From IMG/VR virus record IMGVR_UViG_3300044970_000208, positions 1 through 60,101 of that record: a stretch of DNA of 60,101 bases. One strand, written 5' to 3'. Source of the stretch: a virus. Lineage: Duplodnaviria > Caudoviricetes. A program made the translations under genes and the position numbers. The notes beneath the pieces were generated by a model. It did no database searches. It worked only from the letters and a program-made list of their open reading frames with translations, and had not been told where the DNA came from. Shown piece after piece: positions 52,786-60,101 of the stretch. Positions within the stretch are counted from its first letter, which is position 1; every line of letters starts with the position of its first letter.

Positions 52786-53162
52786 TACAACCTCACTTCG
52801 GCTGTAAAAAAACCACCGTCTTCTGTAATGGAAATATCAAACTCCAGCTTTGCAATCTCAAGTAGTTCGTTTATTTTAGGATTTTGATAAGTTGTTCGCG
52901 CCTTAGATGCTCCAGCTTTTTGCATCATTTTCCAAAAAGCAATATTAGCGTTCAACAAGTTCTTTGCTGTATCGGCATTAAAACTATGATGTTCAACAAC
53001 ACCGTCACCAACACCACGATAAAGAATCAATGTATTACCTTGCTGAATGATGTCACCACCAGCACGTATCTCATCATTGATGCCCGTAAGAAGACTACCA
53101 ACAGTCGTACCCGGTGGATGATTGCGTTGAGCATCAATCTCCAAAATCTCTTTAGGTGTCAT
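52785..53162 (-). CDS. Hypothetical protein, possibly GNAT-like fold
   Basis: ATG at 53162 after GAGG; the fold guess is weak. Confidence 0.6.
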   Translation of the reverse strand: MTPKEILEIDAQRNHPPGTTVGSLLTGINDEIRAGGDIIQQGNTLILYRGVGDGVVEHHSFNADTAKNLLNANIAFWKMMQKAGASKARTTYQNPKINELLEIAKLEFDISITEDGGFFTAEVRL

Positions 53163-53163
53163 A

Positions 53164-53538
53164 TTAGTCTTCCTCATTCATGATGGAGTCAATCTCATTT
53201 GAGAAAGCTTCATCATCCATTTCGTCTTCTTCACCGCCATGCATAGCGTCAGCGTCTTCCACTTCGTCAGCATTACCCATCTGACCAATCTCTTCCATGC
53301 GCTTCAAACCAGCTTTAGCTTTGTCACGCAGCTTCATCAACGTAGCCAAACCAATGTAACGAACCACATCAGCAGGGAAGACAAACTCGCCCTCGCTCAG
53401 CTTAGCGTCAATGTCGTCCCTCACTTCTTCTTGCAAAGAACCGGGAGGCACTTCATTGCCAGAAACTGGATCGACTGTGCCACCTTCTTGCATGACACCG
53501 CCTTCAGCAAACATAGTATTCATTTGATCAGCCAGCAT
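53164..53538 (-). CDS. Conserved head-module protein (DDIDAKLSEGEFV)
   Basis: DPVSGNEVPPGS..EEVRDDI.A.LSEGEFV motif. Confidence 0.8.
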   Translation of the reverse strand: MLADQMNTMFAEGGVMQEGGTVDPVSGNEVPPGSLQEEVRDDIDAKLSEGEFVFPADVVRYIGLATLMKLRDKAKAGLKRMEEIGQMGNADEVEDADAMHGGEEDEMDDEAFSNEIDSIMNEED

Positions 53539-53737
53539 TGATTTCATCCTTTAAATATTTGAGATGACGCAGTGCAGCAATAGCCCCTTGCGCCTTAAAC
53601 ACTTCTTGCAGGTCTGTCGCCTGTTCAAGTTTACGTTGTTGTTGTTCGATGTCGTAGTCAAGCTTATTAACAAAGGCATCCCATACATGAGGACTGTTCA
53701 GCATACCTTTGAGTTTTGGAAGGAACGACTTATCCAT
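53528..53737 (-). CDS. Small conserved protein downstream of the portal
   Basis: AQG....LR motif, position. Confidence 0.75.
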   Translation of the reverse strand: MDKSFLPKLKGMLNSPHVWDAFVNKLDYDIEQQQRKLEQATDLQEVFKAQGAIAALRHLKYLKDEINAG

Positions 53738-55818
53738 TACTGAATACCTGCTGGAGCTTGCGGAGGTGCAGCGCTAAAACCTTGCTCACCGGGTTGTGCA
53801 GCAGCACCAATACCGATGTTGCCACCGCCACCGCCCGTCATATCTGCAACGCCGGGAGGACCGCCAGCACCCGGCACAGGTGGAGCACCCGGCTCTGTCG
53901 GTGCAGCAGGAGTAGCAGGCTGCATCAACGCAGCTTGACGTGCAGCTTCTTCCATGTTGTTAGACACCTTATCAGGATCAAGGTCCATCGACTTAGCAAT
54001 CTCACGGATAATGTAAGGCATCTTAGCAAAAGGCATCAACTGAGGATTGGAAACAATCTGCATGAATTGCATCAGACGCTGACTTCTCACTTCGTTAGCC
54101 ATCAACGATTCTGTACCACGAGCATTAACTTCCAAGTCGCCTTTGATTTCAGGATCGAAGTCAAATTGCATGTTGAAGTTGAAGAATGCTTTACCCAATG
54201 GAGCAAGCAGATAATCGTCAACGTTCTTAATCACAGTCTTAATAGAGCCGCTGGCAGCATTCATCAGCATCGAAATACCAGACGCTGTACGACCAACACC
54301 ACTCACACCAGTTTGACCGTGAGCAAACGATGGCATACCTGTCGATTCATCGGCAAGCTGACGAGCCTTGTCAAACATCTGGAGGTTTTCTTGTGACACG
54401 TTAGGAAACTTCGTACCAAACAAAGCTTGACCGGGAGCACCGCCTTGACGACGAAACACCTTACCGGGATAGACGCTCATGTCTTGACCGGGGACAAGGT
54501 TGGTTTCATCAATCTCGAAAACGAGGTTGCCTGACAAGACTCCGTTGTCCACTGCCATACGCATAAAACCATTCATTAAGGTTTGAGTGTCGTCCATGTT
54601 TTCAGCGACACCAACACCTGCCAGAGAGTAGGGGTTTAGTTCGTATGGAACAGCGTAGTACGGAATCTTTGCTGGCTTAAAAGGATTCAACACAAGACGA
54701 ATAATCTTACCGTTGCAATACCAAATGTTAGCTTGTAGTTCACCATCAAACTCTTCAGGCACTTCAATATCATTCTCTTCAAGCAACTTAACATCAACGT
54801 TGCCCCAGTATTCCAACACTTCAAAGCGATCAACACCATAGTTGAGAGCGTAGTCTTTGAGAGTGTCTTCCCAATACTTCTTTGTATAGCCTTCACCGCC
54901 TGCAACGATTTCATCAATCACATTGCCACGGAAGTGAGGACGCTTCTTCAAAGCACGAAGCTGTGTGCGTGACATCTTGTGACGCTCAATGACGTATTGG
55001 CATTCGTCTGTATTGTTTGCGTCTGGGTCCCAATAGAAGTTCCACAACGAAACGTGTGACGCTTCTGGTACGGTCTTGATGGTTGGTTTGTATTCACCGT
55101 CCTCAGCCCAATTAGGATATTCTTTGTTGACAGCGAACGGACCCTTCATCACACCTGTACCAAACAACGCCATTTCAAAACCTGACAAGCGCAAATGCTT
55201 ACTGGCACCACTCTCATCAAGCTGATCGTGAATCTTTTTCTCCATTTTCTTAGCTGCCACCATAGCAGGATGGAAAGTGATGGAAGTTGGTGTGACACCC
55301 GGTCCCTTTTTCAGACCCGGCAAGTCTTTCAAGTCATCCTTCATCGCACCCAACATCTCTTCCAGCTTGTCGAGGTCAAAGTCGTTGCCAATGCTGGCAG
55401 CGCCTTCTTCACCGAACGGAATAGCTGGTGCAGCAGGTGCAGCTTTGGGGTCGAAGTGAACAGAATCAACAACACCTTCAGGTAATACTGACGGGTCAAT
55501 GCTCAGCGGAAACTTGTTGTTAGAAAACAACACATCGATGATCTGACCATAAGCCGCCAACACCTTAGTCTTTGTCACCTTCACAAATACACGAGACTTC
55601 TCTGTTGATGTGAATTGCATATCAGGACCATACAGGCCGCGATAGTTGCGGTAGGCACGTAGCCAACGTGTCTCGTCAGAGCGACGACTTTCTTCAGCAC
55701 GGCTGTAGCGCTCGTTGACGAACGCAATCAGGCCACCAGCTTTGAAGGTGTCTTCGGTTTTGGTAGAGTCGTCCAAGACAATGTTCTTGTCGCTTTGTGG
55801 TTTGTCAATAAGTGCCAT
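53737..55818 (-). CDS. Portal protein
   Basis: 693 aa directly after terL; FGTGVMKGP, GRTASG, Pro/Gly tail. Confidence 0.9.
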   Translation of the reverse strand: MALIDKPQSDKNIVLDDSTKTEDTFKAGGLIAFVNERYSRAEESRRSDETRWLRAYRNYRGLYGPDMQFTSTEKSRVFVKVTKTKVLAAYGQIIDVLFSNNKFPLSIDPSVLPEGVVDSVHFDPKAAPAAPAIPFGEEGAASIGNDFDLDKLEEMLGAMKDDLKDLPGLKKGPGVTPTSITFHPAMVAAKKMEKKIHDQLDESGASKHLRLSGFEMALFGTGVMKGPFAVNKEYPNWAEDGEYKPTIKTVPEASHVSLWNFYWDPDANNTDECQYVIERHKMSRTQLRALKKRPHFRGNVIDEIVAGGEGYTKKYWEDTLKDYALNYGVDRFEVLEYWGNVDVKLLEENDIEVPEEFDGELQANIWYCNGKIIRLVLNPFKPAKIPYYAVPYELNPYSLAGVGVAENMDDTQTLMNGFMRMAVDNGVLSGNLVFEIDETNLVPGQDMSVYPGKVFRRQGGAPGQALFGTKFPNVSQENLQMFDKARQLADESTGMPSFAHGQTGVSGVGRTASGISMLMNAASGSIKTVIKNVDDYLLAPLGKAFFNFNMQFDFDPEIKGDLEVNARGTESLMANEVRSQRLMQFMQIVSNPQLMPFAKMPYIIREIAKSMDLDPDKVSNNMEEAARQAALMQPATPAAPTEPGAPPVPGAGGPPGVADMTGGGGGNIGIGAAAQPGEQGFSAAPPQAPAGIQ

Positions 55819-55875
55819 AGTTTTCCGTAAAGATGTTGCAGAGGTATAACATTGAACCTCTTAGTAGTAAATGTT

Positions 55876-57462
55876 TCAATATCCAAACACAGGGTCTGCT
55901 ACAGTCATACCAGATTTCTGAGAAGCAGGATCGAAATCAAACAATCCACTACGTGGACGGCTCATAACACCGTAGCGCAAAGCATCATAGGTGTGATCGT
56001 TGCTAACTTTGGTGTTAATGTCTTCGTTGTTTGTTTTATCAATTGGTAAAGTTGGTAAATCAGCGATGATTTGTGTGCAGGTGTTAAAGAACACCATACG
56101 AGGCGCTTCAGTGTATTGATCAACCTGCAATCTGCGGTGTATTTCGTTCTTACCTGCCACCCTACTACCAGCAGAACGGTCAGCAGGTCGCCATCTGCAC
56201 CCCTTCATAATCATTCGTTCAGCAATAGAGGGTCCAGTGTCACCACGTTTGTGCCAACATGAGCTATCCAGTACACCATAACGAATCTTTTCCTCAGATT
56301 CAGCGTTCAATATCATCACAGCCAAGTCTTCTGCCAACACTTTGCTGACATAAAGCTCTCTGTAGACAACCAAACTGTCGTCAGGTGCTACAGCAAACCA
56401 CAACACAGCGCTATGGCTACCATATCCGTAGTCACAAGACCTGAATCTGGGCCAATTTGACGGGATGGTGAAGGGTTCTACCACATGAATGGCTCTATTG
56501 AACTCCGAGAACGCTGCACCTTCAGCAATATCCCAGTTTCCTTCAAGCAATTGCTTACGTTGATGCTCCGGTAGAGACAACAACATGGTTTCGTAGTCAC
56601 CAGACTCAGCCAAATAAGGGTTGTCTGCTAGTTTTGCAGAGATGAACTTGCGCTTAAACAGAGGCAAGCCCTCTTTGCTGTGCCCTTTTGGGTACACCAG
56701 CATCTGTCCTGTATCAATATCGGTAGCATAAAAGCTTTTACCGGGCGGTGCAGGGACAATGAACATCTTCCTGACCCATTGATGACCGGGTCCACCGGGG
56801 TTGGTGGTAGCTCTCATGAATACTGGCAGGTCTGGAGCAGCAGTACGCAGACGAGAACGCATGTAGTTGTAGGCAAACGGTGTAGGCCACTGCGTCAATT
56901 CGTCCCAAGCGATGTAGGAGAACGACAAACCCTGATAACGCATAACGTCTTCATCACGGTCAAGGTAGGACATCCACAGTTTGCCACCACTTGGATGCTG
57001 CCATTGCATCTTTCTCTCACTCCATTTGATGCCGGGATATATCTTCGGATACATCTCTTGCGATTTCCAAATGAGTTCACGCAATTCTTCGGTGGTGTGA
57101 CGAAGAATGAGTCCAGAGAATTGGGGATGGGCTATGTAGCGAAGAGGATCGGCAAGAATGGCATAGCTTTTTCCACCACCTGCTGCACCACCGTACAACA
57201 CTTCACGTTCAGGAGCAGCTAGGAAAGCTGTCTGAGGACCGGGATTGGGTTTGAATATGACGTTCTCATACTCAACAGGCTCAACTATCGGTGCTGTTGT
57301 CGGAGAAGGTGGCGCTAAGTTGGACGAATCGATCACTACTGAAGAAGCTGTCTTGTCCGGTGCCTGTTCTTTTTTCGTACTCTTGCGCTTTCTTAAGGGC
57401 TTTTTCGTACCTGTCGGCAAGCTCTCGATAAGTAGAGGACTTACGTCTTTGGGACTGTTCAC
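55876..57462 (-). CDS. terL: Terminase large subunit (start uncertain)
   Basis: YGGAAGGGKS, WDE, TTNPGG, DYG, DHTYDALRY. Confidence 0.95.
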   Translation of the reverse strand: MNSPKDVSPLLIESLPTGTKKPLRKRKSTKKEQAPDKTASSVVIDSSNLAPPSPTTAPIVEPVEYENVIFKPNPGPQTAFLAAPEREVLYGGAAGGGKSYAILADPLRYIAHPQFSGLILRHTTEELRELIWKSQEMYPKIYPGIKWSERKMQWQHPSGGKLWMSYLDRDEDVMRYQGLSFSYIAWDELTQWPTPFAYNYMRSRLRTAAPDLPVFMRATTNPGGPGHQWVRKMFIVPAPPGKSFYATDIDTGQMLVYPKGHSKEGLPLFKRKFISAKLADNPYLAESGDYETMLLSLPEHQRKQLLEGNWDIAEGAAFSEFNRAIHVVEPFTIPSNWPRFRSCDYGYGSHSAVLWFAVAPDDSLVVYRELYVSKVLAEDLAVMILNAESEEKIRYGVLDSSCWHKRGDTGPSIAERMIMKGCRWRPADRSAGSRVAGKNEIHRRLQVDQYTEAPRMVFFNTCTQIIADLPTLPIDKTNNEDINTKVSNDHTYDALRYGVMSRPRSGLFDFDPASQKSGMTVADPVFGY

Positions 57463-57754
57463 TCTTAATCCTCTTCATCAAACCAACATGACTTATTTCT
57501 CTACCAGTCACAGTAGTGAGCCAAGCAGCAACCTGTCTCAAACTATATTGCTTCAGATGTTTCTTAGCTTTCTCCAGCGCCTCTAGTTCTAAAGGTACAG
57601 GAACAAGCCATCCATCATCAGCTTCATCAACTACATAACCAAATGGGATAGTCCTTCCCAGTCGTGGTATCTTAACATACTCTTTTGCATCTTTTGGTTG
57701 TGGGAGTATAAAGACACCGAGGCCGAAGTCGTAAGCTGTTGTAGCCTCTGTCAT
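57281..57754 (-). CDS. HTH/recombinase-domain-like DNA-binding protein
   Basis: RTIPFGY, YSLRQVAAWL, ISHVGL. Confidence 0.65.
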   Translation of the reverse strand: MTEATTAYDFGLGVFILPQPKDAKEYVKIPRLGRTIPFGYVVDEADDGWLVPVPLELEALEKAKKHLKQYSLRQVAAWLTTVTGREISHVGLMKRIKSEQSQRRKSSTYRELADRYEKALKKAQEYEKRTGTGQDSFFSSDRFVQLSATFSDNSTDS

Positions 57755-58125
57755 TCTTCTTCACGTTCCTTAGCAGGCAATATCATGACACCACCTGTGT
57801 TGCTCTCTACCTGCACCTTCTCAGTCTTCACCAAACCTGCACGGTCAAGCAAGTCTTTAGCGGCTGACATCTTCTCTTTGAGGCCAAGCTCTGTAGGATC
57901 GTCAATGGCAGCAATCATAGCCACCGCAGCCTTTGGAGCCGCCATAGCAATGTAAAGCTGTGTAGCTTCAATGATCTCTTCCTTCAACGCATTGGTGAGT
58001 TGTCTGCGGCTATAGCCTTCAGAGAACCCCGCCATCTTCATAGCGTGGTTGATGTTGCCATTGGCTTCAGCAAACAACACCTCAAGGAATCGTTTCTGTT
58101 GTTCTGTAAGTTCTTTTTTAGCCAT
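57751..58125 (-). CDS. Putative terminase small subunit
   Basis: LTEQQKRFL..AGFS HTH, AAKDLLDRAG, ILP. Confidence 0.65.
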   Translation of the reverse strand: MAKKELTEQQKRFLEVLFAEANGNINHAMKMAGFSEGYSRRQLTNALKEEIIEATQLYIAMAAPKAAVAMIAAIDDPTELGLKEKMSAAKDLLDRAGLVKTEKVQVESNTGGVMILPAKEREEE

Positions 58126-58480
58126 TGTTTAAAGGGTCGTAATATTCTTCAACACTCACTGTTGCGTCCATTGTGGAGCCAGCTTCAGGTGTTACAACAA
58201 TGTAGTCACCAGCACTCAATGCCAGATAGCTACCGTCAATTTTCAGATAGTTGTAAGCAGAAACAGTGTAGCCACCAACAATGTAATATTGTTTGTTCAA
58301 GCTTTCATCATGCCATTGAATCGACACTGTCTTATTACCAGAAGTGGTGTTGGTTACAAAGAGCAACTCAACCCTAGAAGCATGATTGGGAGGACAAGTA
58401 TAGATGGTGTTGGCAGCACCAGCTACCAAGTTGGCACCAACACTACGAGTCTTTACAGCCTTACCGTTTCCGTTAGCCAT
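58118..58480 (-). CDS. Beta-rich hypothetical (possible virion) protein
   Basis: IYTCP motif. Confidence 0.7.
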   Translation of the reverse strand: MANGNGKAVKTRSVGANLVAGAANTIYTCPPNHASRVELLFVTNTTSGNKTVSIQWHDESLNKQYYIVGGYTVSAYNYLKIDGSYLALSAGDYIVVTPEAGSTMDATVSVEEYYDPLNNG

Positions 58481-58638
58481 CACTTCTTAGCTTTCACTTT
58501 AGCTTCAGACAACGCAATTGCTATAGCCTGCTTAGGACTCTTCACAACTTTGCCGCCTTTGCCGCTGTGTAGAGTGCCTTCTTTGAACTCACCCATCACT
58601 TTGGCAACTTTAGCGGTTTGCTTCTTTGTCTGCTTCAT
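58480..58638 (-). CDS. Small basic DUF6496-like protein, 52 aa, not in the ORF track
   Basis: KVMGEFKEGTLHSG...KQAIAIALSEA. Confidence 0.75.
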   Translation of the reverse strand: MKQTKKQTAKVAKVMGEFKEGTLHSGKGGKVVKSPKQAIAIALSEAKVKAKK

Positions 58639-58793
58639 TTCTTTTTAGCCTTCATAGGTTTGCCAACACCCACCATAATGGCGATGACAGGCTTACCACC
58701 CTTGCCTTCTTTGGCAAGACACTTACCAGCAGCCTTGCACTTGGCAGGAGAGGGGCAGCCTTCGCAGGGCTTGAATGTTTTCTTTGTAGCCAT
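58635..58793 (-). CDS. Small basic Cys4 protein
   Basis: FKPCEGCPSPAKCKAAGKC. Confidence 0.7.
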   Translation of the reverse strand: MATKKTFKPCEGCPSPAKCKAAGKCLAKEGKGGKPVIAIMVGVGKPMKAKKK

Positions 58794-58794
58794 G

Positions 58795-59055
58795 TTATTT
58801 CTTCGCTTTCTTAACAGCACCACCCTTAGCCATCATTGGCTTCTTCTCAGCCATGCCACCATACATCATTTTCTTCGGAGCCTTCACAGCACCACCCTTA
58901 GCCAGCTTCACACCAGCCTTACCAGCAGCCTTCTCTTCCAGCTTCACAGCCTCATCGAGATATTGATTGCGTACATCTTGAGGCAATGTTTTGTCCTTTG
59001 CCATCTCACGCAATTTAGCAACCTTAGCTGCTGTGTTCATCTGAGCCATAGCCAT
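58795..59055 (-). CDS. Lys-rich protein with AKGG repeats
   Basis: LAKGG, MYGG, MAKGG; AAGGA RBS. Confidence 0.75.
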   Translation of the reverse strand: MAMAQMNTAAKVAKLREMAKDKTLPQDVRNQYLDEAVKLEEKAAGKAGVKLAKGGAVKAPKKMMYGGMAEKKPMMAKGGAVKKAKK

Positions 59056-59112
59056 GATATGTTTCCTTAAATAAAAATAGAGGCCATGCCTCAACATTAT
59101 AGTTATAGCATG

Positions 59113-59346
59113 TTAACGGTATTTAGCCGTCTTCTTTGCCACACTCTTAGGCTGAGCAACAAACTGCTTACCCTTCGCCTTACCTTCACGCTTAGCCTTT
59201 GTCGTTGCTGCATACTCAGCAGAGCTTAGAGCCTTTATAGCCTTCTCAGGCAAATAACGCTCCCCCGTTTCCGACGAAGGTTTACCAGACTTTGTTGTCC
59301 ATTTCTGGTCTGTCCATTCCTTTAGAGACTTCTGTGGCGCTTTCAT
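59113..59346 (-). CDS. Small basic protein (DUF5872-like)
   Basis: QKSLKEWT.QKW.TKSGK..ERYLP. Confidence 0.75.
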   Translation of the reverse strand: MKAPQKSLKEWTDQKWTTKSGKPSSETGERYLPEKAIKALSSAEYAATTKAKREGKAKGKQFVAQPKSVAKKTAKYR

Positions 59347-59516
59347 TTGTAGCCTCCACCAGCAGCCTTGTATTCCTTAGCCAATAGCTGTGCCTTACGA
59401 GCGCTCCATTCGCCTGCATCACCACCTTTAGTGCCAGCTTTGATCTTCTCAAACAACGCCTTACGCATTGTTGGCTTGGTGTAGTTGCCAGCCTCATTCA
59501 CTTTAGATTTAGCCAT
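59343..59516 (-). CDS. Small basic protein, 57 aa, not in the ORF track
   Basis: NYTKP.MRK..WSARKAQLLAKEYKAAGGGYK. Confidence 0.75.
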   Translation of the reverse strand: MAKSKVNEAGNYTKPTMRKALFEKIKAGTKGGDAGEWSARKAQLLAKEYKAAGGGYK

Positions 59517-59791
59517 TACCATTTCACCTTATGTGACCAATACCTAGCCGACATCTTGTCCGGTGTAGGGTCTTGAGCGTTATGCCGTGCGTAGTAGGAC
59601 TTTTTACGAGCCTTGTCCTTTTCACTGGTTGGATTGTCACCAGCGCCTTTAACACCCTGCTGACCAAAGCGAATGAGCTTCACCTTGTCACCATCCTTTG
59701 CCAACACAGCATGACTCTTTGTCGGATGATCGGGTGTTGCTTTCGGCTTGTTGTAGCCACTAAACTCTTCACTGCCTCGTTTGATTGCCAT
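59516..59791 (-). CDS. Small basic protein (IRFG..ARH..YWS..KW family)
   Basis: Family motif; start reassigned to MAIKRG. Confidence 0.75.
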   Translation of the reverse strand: MAIKRGSEEFSGYNKPKATPDHPTKSHAVLAKDGDKVKLIRFGQQGVKGAGDNPTSEKDKARKKSYYARHNAQDPTPDKMSARYWSHKVKW

Positions 59792-59792
59792 A

Positions 59793-60047
59793 TCAATATC
59801 GTCCTTTACCTTTGCGGTCACGCCAGCCTTCATCGCGCATAGCCTTCTCTACAACATCTAAAGGGAAGTAGTAGCCTGTATGCTTTTCTAAAGCGGCTCT
59901 AACATAATAAACATCACTGTGCGGTATGTGTGTATTGTCTAAGTTGTCGCGATGTAACGCTTTAAACACTTCCGTTGCAACAGAATAAGGGGGACTGTTC
60001 AGCATCCCTTTAGCTTCAACCGCTTCTCTACTCAACAAAATATTCAT
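59793..60047 (-). CDS. Hypothetical protein, first gene of the late arm
   Basis: HIPHSDVYYVRAALE motif. Confidence 0.7.
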   Translation of the reverse strand: MNILLSREAVEAKGMLNSPPYSVATEVFKALHRDNLDNTHIPHSDVYYVRAALEKHTGYYFPLDVVEKAMRDEGWRDRKGKGRY

Positions 60048-60101
60048 ATGCTTCTATATAGGTCTTCATAGCTGCCTATCTTCAGATGTGTAGGCTAGTG
60101 A
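59975..60101. repeat. Terminal direct repeat, copy 2
   Basis: Identical to 1-127; overlaps ORF 59793-60047. Confidence 0.95.

Noticed and set aside
57281-57462. Programmed frameshift fusing the HTH gene to TerL at GAAAAAAG
   Set aside because: It would need a +1 shift; a downstream TerL start explains the overlap more simply

Overview
The window is an apparently complete tailed-phage genome of about 59,974 bp. Its first 127 nt are repeated exactly at the end, most likely an assembly overlap. It has two convergent gene arms meeting at a bidirectional terminator near 26.94 kb. The plus arm (1.1-26.9 kb) carries host-sigma70-type promoters, small early genes, DUF932, an ADP-ribosylglycohydrolase, a tyrosine recombinase and ThyX. 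It continues with a T7-like primase-helicase, SSB and 5'-3' exonuclease, but with a family B DNA polymerase, followed by RNA ligase, MazG, NrdAB and PhoH. The minus arm (60-27 kb) carries small basic proteins, terminase, portal, scaffold, major capsid, podovirus-type tail and fibre genes, a lysis cassette and large internal virion proteins. From recall, the capsid and portal resemble HMO-2011-type aquatic podophages; this was not verified by search. I found no RNA polymerase, tRNA or CRISPR array. Best leads: (1) a probable ADP-ribosyltransferase domain at the end of the 1798-aa virion protein, paired with an early ADP-ribosylhydrolase (writer/eraser hypothesis); (2) an early RNA-level control layer made of ten covarying GNA-loop hairpins over ribosome-binding sites, two homologous pseudoknotted intergenic elements and an rrn-like boxB-boxA-boxC leader; (3) a PolB in a T7-type replisome, where helicase, SSB and an inserted endonuclease share a (E/Q)DVL C-terminus. 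All protein calls are by-eye motif recognition, not database hits.
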